Shown here piece after piece: positions 30,001 through 41,305 of a stretch of 64,000 nucleotides of DNA. Below the pieces are notes generated by a model, which was given only the letters and a program-made list of their open reading frames with translations, did not search any database and was not told the DNA's origin. The stretch's first letter is position 1. Every line of letters starts with the position of its first letter. Source of the stretch: Nemertoderma westbladi (Eukaryota; Animalia; Xenacoelomorpha). The position numbers and the translations under genes are program-made. The DNA lies in contig JAUCBJ010002852.1 of the NCBI GenBank assembly GCA_032718475.1, positions 1 through 64,000 of the forward strand. Direction: 5' to 3'.

Positions 30001-33000
30001 ACTCAAGTATCGGATGTTACACGGAATACCAGTGAGAGTGTAACTCAAGTGTCGGATGTTACACGGAATACCAGTGAGAGTGTAACTCAAGTGTCGGATG
30101 TTACACGGAATACCAATGAGAGTGTAACTCAAGTGTCGGATGTTACACGGAATACCAATGAGAGTGTAACTCAAGTGTCGGATGTTACACGGAATACCAA
30201 TGAGAGTGTAACTCAAGTATCGGATGTTACACGGAATACCAATGAGAGTGTAACTCAAGTATCGGATGTTACACGGAATACCAATGAGAGTGTAACTCAA
30301 GTATCGGATGTTACACGGAATACCAGTGAGAGTGTAACTCAAGTGTCGGATGTTACACGGAATACCAGTCAGAGTGTAACTCAAGTGTCGGATGTTACAC
30401 GGAATACCAGTGAGAGTGTAACTCAAGTGTCGGATGTTACACGGAATACCAATGAGAGTGTAACTCAAGTGTCGGATGTTACACGGAATACCAATGAGAG
30501 TGTAACTCAAGTATCGGATGTTACACGGAATACCAGTCAGAGTGTAACTCAAGTGTCGGATGTTACACGGAATACCAGTGAGAGTGTAACTCAAGTGTCG
30601 GTTGTTACACGGAATACCAGTGAGAGTGTAACTCAAGTGTCGGATGTTACACGGAATACCAATGAGAGTGTAACTCAAGTATCGGATGTTACACGGAATA
30701 CCAATGAGAGTGTAACTCAAGTATCGGATGTTACACGGAATACCAATGAGAGTGTAACTCAAGTATCGGATGTTACACGGAATACCAGTGAGAGTGTAAC
30801 TCAAGTATCGGATGTTACACGGAATACCAGTGAGAGTGTAACTCAAGTGTCGGTTGTTACACGGAATACCAGTGAGAGTGTAACTCAAGTGTCGGATGTT
30901 ACACGGAATACCAATGAGAGTGTAACTCAAGTATCGGATGTTACACGGAATACCAGTGAGAGTGTAACTCAAGTGTCGGATGTTACACGGAATACCAGTG
31001 GGATTGTAACTCAAGTGTCGGATGTTACACGGAATACCAGTGAGAGTGTAACTCAAGTGTCGGATGTTACACGGAATACCGGTGAGAGTGTAACTCAAGT
31101 GTCGGATGTTACACGGAATACCAGTGAGAGTGTAACTCAAGTGTCGGATGTTACACGGAATACCAGTGAGAGTGTAACTCAAGTGTCGGATGTTACACGG
31201 AATACCAGTGAGAGTGTAACTCAAGTGTCGGATGTTACACGGAATACCAGTGGGATTGTAACTCAAGTGTCGGATGTTACACGGAATACCAGTGAGAGTG
31301 TAACTCAAGTGTCGGATGTTACACGGAATACCGGTGAGAGTGTAACTCAAGTATCGGATGTTACACGGAATACCAATGAGAGTGTAACTCAAGTATCGGA
31401 TGTTACACGGAATACCAGTGAGAGTGTAACTCAAGTATCGGATGTTACACGGAATACCAGTGAGAGTGTAACTCAAGTGTCGGTTGTTACACGGAATACC
31501 AGTGAGAGTGTAACTCAAGTGTCGGATGTTACACGGAATACCGGTGAGAGTGTAACTCAAGTATCGGATGTTACACGGAATACCAGTGAGAGTGTAACTC
31601 AAGTGTCGGTTGTTACACGGAATACCAGTGAGAGTGTAACTCAAGTGTCGGTTGTTACACGGAATACCAGTGAGAGTGTAACTCAAGTGTCGGTTGTTAC
31701 ACGGAATACCAGTGAGAGTGTAACTCAAGTGTCGGATGTTACACGGAATACCAGTGAGAGTGTAACTCAAGTGTCGGATGTTACACGGAATACCAGTGGG
31801 ATTGTAACTCAAGTGTCGGATGTTACACGGAATACCAGTGAGAGTGTAACTCAAGTGTCGGATGTTACACGGAATACCGGTGAGAGTGTAACTCAAGTAT
31901 CGGATGTTACACGGAATACCAATGAGAGTGTAACTCAAGTATCGGATGTTACACGGAATACCAGTGAGAGTGTAACTCAAGTATCGGATGTTACACGGAA
32001 TACCAGTGAGAGTGTAACTCAAGTGTCGGTTGTTACACGGAATACCAGTGAGAGTGTAACTCAAGTGTCGGATGTTACACGGAATACCAATGAGAGTGTA
32101 ACTCAAGTATCGGATGTTACACGGAATACCAGTGAGAGTGTAACTCAAGTGTCGGATGTTACACGGAATACCAGTGGGATTGTAACTCAAGTGTCGGATG
32201 TTACACGGAATACCAGTGAGAGTGTAACTCAAGTGTCGGATGTTACACGGAATACCGGTGAGAGTGTAACTCAAGTGTCGGATGTTACACGGAATACCAG
32301 TGAGAGTGTAACTCAAGTGTCGGATGTTACACGGAATACCAGTGAGAGTGTAACTCAAGTGTCGGATGTTACACGAAATACCAGTGAGAGTGTAACTCAA
32401 GTGTCGGATGTTAAACGCAATACCAGTGAGAGTGTAACTCAAGTGTCGGATGTTACACGGAATACCAGTGAGAGTGTAACTCAAGTGTCGGATGTTACAC
32501 GGAATACCAGTGAGAGTGTAACTCAAGTGTCGGATGTTACACGGAATACCAGTGAGAGTGTAACTCAAGTGTCGGATGTTACACGGAATACCAGTGAGAG
32601 TGTAACTCAAGTATCGGATGTTACACGGAATACCAGTGAGAGTGTAACTCAAGTGTCGGATGTTACACGGAATACCAGTGAGAGTGTAACTCAAGTATCG
32701 GATGTTACACGGAATACCAGTGAGAGTGTAACTCAAGTGTCGGATGTTACACGGAATACCAGTGAGAGTGTAACTCACGTGTCGGATGTTACACGGAATA
32801 CCAGTGAGAGTGTAACTCAAGTGTTGGATGTTACACGGAATACCGGTGAGAGTGTAACTCAAGTGTCGGATGTTACACGGAATACCAGTGAGAGTGTAAC
32901 TCAAGTGTCGGATGTTACACGGAATACCAGTGAGAGTGTAACTCAAGTGTCGGATGTTACACGGAATACCAGTGAGAGTGTAACTCAAGTGTCGGATGTT

Positions 33001-34136
33001 ACACGGAATACCGGTGAGAGTGTAACTCAAGTGTCGGATGTTACACGGAATACCGGTGAGAGTGTAACTCAAGTGTCGGATGTTACACGGAATACCAATG
33101 AGAGTGTAACTCAAGTGTCGGTTGTTACACTGAATACCAGTCAGAGTGTAACTCAAGTGTCGGATGTTACACGGAATACCAGTGAGAGTGTAACTCAAGT
33201 GTCGGATGTTACACGGAATACCAGTGAGAGTGTAACTCAAGTGTTGGATGTTACACGGAATACCAGTGGGATTGTAACTCAAGTGTCGGATGTTACACGG
33301 AATACCGGTGAGAGTGTAACTCAAGTGTCGGATGTTACACGGAATACCAATGAGAGTGTAACTCAAGTGTCGGTTGTTACACTGAATACCAGTCAGAGTG
33401 TAACTCAAGTGTCGGATGTTACACGGAATACCAGTGAGAGTGTAACTCAAGTGTCGGATGTTACACGGAATACCAGTGAGAGTGTAACTCAAGTGTTGGA
33501 TGTTACACGGAATACCAGTGGGATTGTAACTCAAGTGTCGGATGTTACACGGAATACCAGTGAGAGTGTAACTCAAGTGTCGGATGTTACACGGAATACC
33601 AGTGAGAGTGTAACTCAAGTGTCGGTTGTTACACGGAATACCAGTCAGAGTGTAACTCAAGTATCGGATGTTACACGGAATACCAGTGAGAGTGTAACTC
33701 AAGTGTCGGTTGTTACACGGAATACCAGTCAGAGTGTAACTCAAGTATCGGATGTTACACGGAATACCAGTGAGAGTGTAACTCAAGTGTCGGTTGTTAC
33801 ACGGAATACCAATGAGAGTGTAACTCAAGTATCGGATGTTACACGGAATACCAGTGAGAGTGTAACTCAAGTATCGGATGTTACACGCAATACCAGTGGG
33901 ATTGTAACTCAAGTGTCGGATGTTACACGGAATACCAGTGAGAGTGTAACTCAAGTATCGGATGTTACACGCAATACCAGTGGGATTGTAACTCAAGTGT
34001 CGGATGTTACACGGAATACCAGTGAGAGTGTAACTCAAGTGTCGGATGTTACACGGAATACCAGTGAGAGTGTAACTCAAGTGTCGGATGTTACACGGAA
34101 TACCAGTCAGAGTGTAACTCAAGTGTCGAATGTTAC
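1..34136. repeat. 42-bp satellite array, ~810 copies, consensus gtgagagtgtaactcaagtgtcggatgttacacggaatacca; continues beyond the left edge
   Basis: Direct reading. The 42-bp period holds throughout with only three 1-bp indels (~4721, ~18040, ~22917). The array ends at ...gtgtcgaatgttac|tcttcaatag. Confidence 0.99.
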
Positions 34137-34339
34137 TCTTCAATAGGGTCAGGTCGCAGTGTAAAAAAAAATGGGATTATTTATAACCCAATATTATACA
34201 CTACTTGCACTCGAAATACAACTTCACCTTATACAAATAGCTTACTGATATATTCTAGGGCTGCAAAGAAAAGATTATGAGCCTAAAAAATAGGCTACAA
34301 ATGAGAATAAATGTTAAAATTAATAATAATCAATATTAT

Positions 34340-34870
34340 TACTTGGTAAACAAAAATTTTCACTATTCTCGAGGTATTTTATTTACCGAGCGCGATTAAT
34401 AAACATTTTAGAGAATATTAATAAAAAGTTCTTCGTTTTTCCCCATGTAACGTAATTTTATTCTTAAATTAATTGGTACCGGTAGTTTTTCGTTGCTTAA
34501 TACTTTTATAGAACGAAATAGTGTTACAAAAGTAATTGAACTGCAGTATTTTACTATTTCGCTTCTATATGTAAAACGATTCCAATTATTGTACACTTCA
34601 TCCCCTGATCGGTTCACAGATACACTTCGCGTTAATAGCGCTGTGCGAGCGCGGTAAGGGCGCTGACAAAGTGCGTTGAGCTGTGAATAGCACGTTCTCG
34701 AATATATATTACCTACGTAATTAGAGAACAGCTTAAATACATAAACCAACACTATGGTGTACATCTTACAGACACTAAAAATTGCAACAACTTTTGAGTG
34801 TGTGATGGATTTTGCTCAAATTCGGGCAAACCGTTTTCAGTTTTGATGCTCTTTCAACACGTAAATATTT
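34340..34870. mobile_element. Old non-coding interspersed repeat (element C), uninterrupted copy
   Basis: Its reverse complement matches 44335-44635 (gtgttgaaagagcat, ttgagcaaaatccat, cactcaaaagtt) and 49950-50135 (ttaagcaac, ttacatggggaaaaa, gctcggtaaat). Boundaries approximate. Confidence 0.75.
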
Positions 34871-36242
34871 TTATGTACCAAAAATATTTATTTTGACTAT
34901 ATTCGCCGTGGGAAAAGTAAAATTAATGCAATTTAAAAACAAAAATATTTAAGAAAAATGAAAATAAACAATGTTTGTATAAAAACGAAAATAACTGACG
35001 ATTTTTTAATACTCCTTTTCAAGTACCATTTAATCGCAATAATATCTCAAATTTTGTTAACATATTAGAAGAAGTATCTTACTATTAAACACTGTTTTAT
35101 TAGAAATGTAGAATTAAACCAAACGCAATTCACAGGGCGTTGTACTCGAATATAGCTATGATTATAACTTAACGATACCTATAATATTAATTAAAAAATC
35201 GGTCTAATTAAATATCGCAAATATGCTAAAGTACATAATAACATAAATAAAAAATAAACAATCGACACAAACAGAAATTGATTATCATATAAGGAAGAAA
35301 ATAAAAGCATAATTATATATATTATTATTGAATGATTGAGTGAAGTCAATTACGCTTTAGTTAGAAAAAAATTAAAACTCTGCTTAGAAAAGCAGCAACC
35401 AACATGCTCCCTAAAATATCTGAAACAAATATTTCACTCCATGGATTACAATGAAGTGATATAAATAGTTACTTTTTTTACAACACGGCATGGCATAGGC
35501 GACATAATTTTGAAAGACTTTTCAGAGTTCCTATATTCGAATCCGAATAAAATCGAATTAAGTTAATTTCAATTAAATTAAATTAAATTCAATGACAACA
35601 ATTAATACTCAACTCTTCCACTCAGTGCAGTTGTATCTTTGGCATGCAATTAAATTCAAATTACTTTAATAACCTGAATTTTAAATGACATCCGAATTTC
35701 AAAACTATCAAGAGAGATACGTTGATGCCTTTATGTAAATTACAATTCCACAAACAGCAATTAATAGCTATCGCGTTATTATGCGAAACAAATAAGATTG
35801 TAAAATTATACAGATACATAAATAATCAGTATTTTTCCAGGCAGAGGTTTAATTATAAAATCAAAAAAACATAATTGACCTCGTCAACTGGTATATCTCT
35901 ATTGTAAACCTACATTATTATGGTAGCATTGTAATATCATACGTAATAAAATATAGCACTAGTTGAAATTACAGAAAAATACCAAACATTATTACTATAA
36001 CAAACATATCAATTAATTGTTAATTATACAGTGTAAATATTAACTGCAGATTTCGATAATTATTCAACTCACTGGTTCCCAAATATATTTATTAATCAGT
36101 TTATCATCGGAAGAAGATAACTAAGTACATTAGGAAGATATACTTTACTTTATTTTCTCTAACAATACTATCAAATATTCCCACTTACTCCTCTGGAAGA
36201 GGTTAAATACAAAATGGAAATTTTTACACTGAAATATAAATT

Positions 36243-36248
36243 TTTATT
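36243..36248 (-). promoter_or_regulatory. Candidate polyadenylation signal AATAAA for the iGluR transcript
   Basis: First AATAAA on the minus strand downstream of the predicted stop (41172). Neither intervening repeat unit contains one. Its use is inferred only. Confidence 0.35.
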
Positions 36249-36286
36249 CCTGTAAACATTAAAAGGTTTACCAGGCTTTTGGTCAA

Positions 36287-36749
36287 TGTTCCACAAGGTC
36301 AAAGATTCCACAGCCTGTACAAAGGTTCCCCAGTCGGGTCAAAGATTCCTCAGCCGGGTCAAAGGTTCCACAGCCGGTTCAAAGGTTCCACAGCCGAGAC
36401 AAAGGTTCCACCGCCGGGTCAAAGGTTCCTCAGCCGGGACAAAGGTTCCTCAGCCGGGTCAAAGGTTCCACAGCCGGGTCAAAGGTTCCACAGCCGGGTG
36501 AAAGGTTCCTCAGCCGGGACAAAGGTTCCACAGCCGGGTCAAAGGTTCCACAGCCGGGCAAAGGTTCCTCAGTCGGGTCAAAGGTTCCTCAGCCGGGACA
36601 AAGTTTCCCCAGTTGGGTGAAAGGTTCCTCAGCTGGGACAAAGGTTCCCCAGTCGGGTCAAAGGTCCCACAGCCGAGTCAAAGGTTCCACAACCGGATCA
36701 AAGGTTCCACAGCCGGGTCAAAGGTTCCTCAGTCGGGTCAAAGGTTCCT
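36287..36749. repeat. 20-bp minisatellite (aaaggttccacagccgggtc), ~23 copies
   Basis: Direct reading; abuts the 54-bp array with no spacer. Confidence 0.97.
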
Positions 36750-39700
36750 TACTGTCGCCTCACGTTCCATTTTGTATCCACCGAGGTGCATGTCATAGTC
36801 TTACACTGTCCCCTCCCGTTCCATTTTGTACCCACCGAGGTGCATGTAATAGTCTTACACTGTCGTCTCCCGTTCCATTTTGTATCCACCGAGGTGCATG
36901 TAATAGTCTTACACTGTCGCCACCCGTTCCATTATGTAACCACCGAGGTGCATGTAATAGTCTTACACTGTCGCCTCCCGTACCATTTTGTAACCACCGA
37001 GGTGCATGTAATAGTCTTACACTGTCGCCACCCGTTCCATTTTGTATCCACCGAGGTGCATGTAATAGTCTTACACTGTCGCCACCCGTTCCATTTTGTA
37101 TCCACCGAGGTGCATGTAATAGTCTTACACTGTCGCCACCCGTTCCATTTTGTAACCACCGAGGTGCATGTAATAGTCTTACACTGTCGCCTCCCGTTCC
37201 ATTTTGTATCCACCGAGGTGCGTGTAATAGTCTTACACTGTCGCCACCCGTTCCATTTTGTATCCACCGAGGTGCATGTAATAGTCTTACACTGTCGCCT
37301 CCCGTTCCATTTTGTATCCACCGAGGTGCGTGTAATAGTCTTACACTGTCGCCACCCGTTCCATTGTGTAACCACCGAGGTGCATGTAATAGTCTTACAC
37401 TGTCGCATCCCGTTCCATTTTGTATCCACCGAGGTGCATGTAATCTTACACTGTCGCCACCCGTTCCATTTTGTATCCACCGAGGTGCATGTAATAGTCT
37501 TACACTGTCGCCACCCGTTCCATTTTGTACCCACCGAGGTGCATGTAATAGTCTTACACTGTCGCCTCACGTTCCACTTTGTACCCACCGAGGTGCATGT
37601 AATAGTCTTACACTGTCGCCTCCCGTTCCACTTTGTACCCACCGAGGTGCATGTAATAGTCTTACACTGTCCCCTCCTGTTCCATTTTGTACCCACCGAG
37701 GTGCATGTAATAGTCTTACACTGTCGCCTCCCGTTCCACTTTGTACCCACCGAGGTGCATGTAATAGTCTTACACTGTCCCCTCCTGTTCCATTTTGTAT
37801 CCACCGAGGTGCATGTAATAGTCTTACACTGTCGCCTCCCGTTCCACTTTGTACCCACCGAGGTGCATGTAATAGTCTTACACTGTCGCCTCCCGTTCCA
37901 CTTTGTACCCACCGAGGTGCATGTAATAGTCTTACACTGTCCCCTCCTGTTCCATTTTGTACCCACCGAGGTGCATGTAATAGTCTTACACTGTCCCCTC
38001 ATGTTCCATTTTGTAACCACCGAGGTGCATGTAATAGTCTTACACTGTCGCCTCCCGTTCCATTTTGTATCCACCGAGGTGCATGTAATAGTCTTACACT
38101 GTCGCCTCCCGTTCCATTTTGTACCCACCGAGGTGCATGTAATAGTCTTACACTGTCGCCTCCCGTTCCATTTTGTATCCACCGAGGTGCATGTAATAGT
38201 CTTACACTGTCGCCTCACGTTCCATTTTGTAACCACCGAGGTGCATGTAATAGTCTTACACTGTCGCCTCCCGTTCCATTTTGTACCCACCGAGGTGCAT
38301 GCAATAGTCTTACACTGTCGCCTCCCGTTCCACTTTGTACCCACCGAGGTGCATGTAATAGTCTTACACTGTCGCCTCCCGTTCCACTTTGTACCCACCG
38401 AGGTGCATGTAATAGTCTTACACTGTCCCCTCATGTTCCATTTTGTAACCACCGAGGTGCATGTAATAGTCTTACACTGTCGCCTCCCGTTCCATTTTGT
38501 ACCCACCGAGGTGCATGTAATAGTCTTACACTGTCCCCTCATGTTCCATTTTGTAACCACCGAGGTGCATGTAATAGTCTTACACTGTCGCCTCCCGTTC
38601 CATTTTGTACCCACCGAGGTGCATGTAATAGTCTTACACTGTCGCCTCCCGTTCCATTTTGTACCCACCGAGGTGCATGTAATAGTCTTACACTGTCGCC
38701 TCCCGTTCCACTTTGTACCCACCGAGGTGCATGTAATAGTCTTACACTGTCGCCTCCCGTTCCATTTTGTACCCACCGAGGTGCATGTAATAGTCTTACA
38801 CTGTCGCCTCCCGTTCCATTTTGTACCCACCGAGGTGCATGTAATAGTCTTACACTGTCGCCTCCCGTTCCATTTTGTATCCACCGAGGTGCATGTAATA
38901 GTCTTACACTGTCGCCTCCCGTTCCATTTTGTACCCACCGAGGTGCATGTAATAGTCTTACACTGTCGCCTCCCGTTCCATTTTGTACCCACCGAGGTGC
39001 ATGTAATAGTCTTACACTGTCGCCTCCCGTTCCATTTTGTACCCACCGAGGTGCATGTAATAGTCTTACACTGTCCCCTCATGTTCCATTTTGTAACCAC
39101 CGAGGTGCATGTAATAGTCTTACACTGTCGCCTCCCGTTCCATTTTGTACCCACCGAGGTGCATGTAATAGTCTTACACTGTCCCCTCATGTTCCATTTT
39201 GTAACCACCGAGGTGCATGTAATAGTCTTACACTGTCGCCTCCCGTTCCATTTTGTACCCACCGAGGTGCATGTAATAGTCTTACACTGTCGCCTCCCGT
39301 TCCATTTTGTACCCACCGAGGTGCATGTAATAGTCTTACACTGTCGCCTCCCGTTCCACTTTGTACCCACCGAGGTGCATTTAATAGTCTTACACTGTCG
39401 CCTCCCGTTCCATTTTGTACCCACCGAGGTGCATGTAATAGTCTTACACTGTCGCCTCCCGTTCCATTTTGTACCCACCGAGGTGCATGTAATAGTCTTA
39501 CACTGTCGCCTCCCGTTCCATTTTGTATCCACCGAGGTGCATGTAATAGTCTTACACTGTCGCCTCCCGTTCCATTTTGTACCCAACGAGGTGCATGTAA
39601 TAGTCTTACACTGTCGCCTCCCGTTCCATTTTGTACCCACCGAGGTGCATGTAATAGTCTTACACTGTCGCCTCCCGTTCCATTTTGTATCCACCGAGGT

Positions 39701-41222
39701 GCATGTAATAGTCTTACACTGTCGCCTCCCGTTCCATTTTGTACCCACCGAGGTGCATGTAATAGTCTTACACTGTCGCCTCCCGTTCCATTTTGTACCC
39801 AACGAGGTGCATGTAATAGTCTTACACTGTCGCCTCCCGTTCCATTTTGTACCCACCGAGGTGCATGTAATAGTCTTACACTGTCGCCTCCCGTTCCATT
39901 TTGTATCCTCCGAGGTGCATGTAATAGTCTTACACTGTCGCCTCCCGTTCCATTTTGTACCCACCGAGGTGCATGTAATAGTCTTACACTGTCGCCTCCC
40001 GTTCCATTTTGTACCCACCGAGGTGCATGTAATAGTCTTACACTGTCGCCTCCCGTTCCATTTTGTACCCACCGAGGTGCATGTAATAGTCTTACACTGT
40101 CGCCTCCCGTTCCATTTTGTATCCACCGAGGTGCATGTAATAGTCTTACACTGTCGCCTCCCGTTCCATTTTGTACCCACCGAGGTGCATGTAATAGTCT
40201 TACACTGTCGCCTCACGTTCCATTTTGTATCCACCGAGGTGCATGTAATAGTCTTACACTGTCGCCTCCCGTTCCATTTTGTACCCACCGAGGTGCATGT
40301 AATAGTCTTACACTGTCGCCTCCCGTTCCATTTTGTACCCACCGAGGTGCATGTAATAGTCTTACACTGTCGCCTCCCGTTCCATTTTGTAACCACCGAG
40401 GTGCATGTAATAGTCTTACACTGTCGCCTCACGTTCCATTTTGTACCCACCGAGGTGCATGTAATAGTCTTACACTGTCGCCTCACGTTCCATTTTGTAC
40501 CCACCGAGGTGCATGTAATAGTCTTACACTGTCCCCTCATGTTCCATTTTGTATCCACCGAGGTGCATGTAATAGTCTTACACTGTCGCCTCACGTTCCA
40601 TTTTGTACCCACCGAGGTGCATGTAATAGTCTTACACTGTCCCCTCATGTTCCATTTTGTATCCACCGAGGTGCATGTAATAGTCTTACACTGTCGCCTC
40701 CCGTTCCATTTTGTACCCACCGAGGTGCATGTAATAGTCTTACACTGTCGCCTCACGTTCCACTTTGTACCCACCGAGGTGCATGTAATAGTCTTACACT
40801 GTCGCCTCACGTTCCATTTTGTACCCACCGAGGTGCATGTAATAGCCTTACACTGTCGCCTCCCGTTCCATTTTGTATCCACCGAGGTGCATGTAATAGT
40901 CTTACACTGTCGCCTCCCGTTCCATTTTGTATCCACCGAGGTGCATGTAATAGTCTTACACTGTCGCCTCCCGTTCCATTTTGTATCCTCCGAGGTGCAT
41001 GTAATAGTCTTACACTGTCGCCTCCCGTTCCATTTTGTATCCACCGAGGTGCATGTAATAGTCTTACACTGTCGCCTCCCGTTCCATTTTGTATCCTCCG
41101 AGGTGCATGTAATAGTCTTACACTGTCGCCTCCCGTTCCATTTTGTATCCACCGAGGTGCATGTAATAGTCTTACACTGTCGCCTCCCGTTCCATTTTGT
41201 ATCCACCGAGGTGCATGTAGTC
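36750..41222. repeat. 54-bp tandem array, ~83 copies; the minus-strand unit reads [17 protein letters not shown] in the iGluR frame
   Basis: Unit cttacactgtcgcctcccgttccattttgtatccaccgaggtgcatgtaatagt. One unit near 37443 has a 3-bp deletion. The rightmost unit overlaps the predicted terminal coding exon. Confidence 0.98.
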
Positions 41223-41305
41223 CCTTGATGATGCGTGAGACAAACCAAATCCTCCACGATTGTCCATTAATGATTCCGGTCGGTGCTTACAGTTATTGGG
41301 AATTA
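41172..41305 (-). CDS. GRID: Predicted terminal coding exon of the iGluR: (V)[43 protein letters not shown]
   Basis: Strong acceptor ttttgtttattttctag|TA. Phase 1 matches the donor at 51080 (G+TA=Val). Open to TAA at 41174-41172. No homology support for the tail itself. Confidence 0.72.

Noticed and set aside
4690-34143. Minus-strand giant ORFs (HLSYTLTGIPCNIR)n
   Set aside because: By-product of a stop-free 42-bp unit; no true start codon, no unique domains, and TGA stops appear at ~25390 and ~29926.
1-41222. CRISPR array interpretation of the 42-, 20- and 54-bp repeats
   Set aside because: No unique spacers, no cas genes, eukaryotic context.
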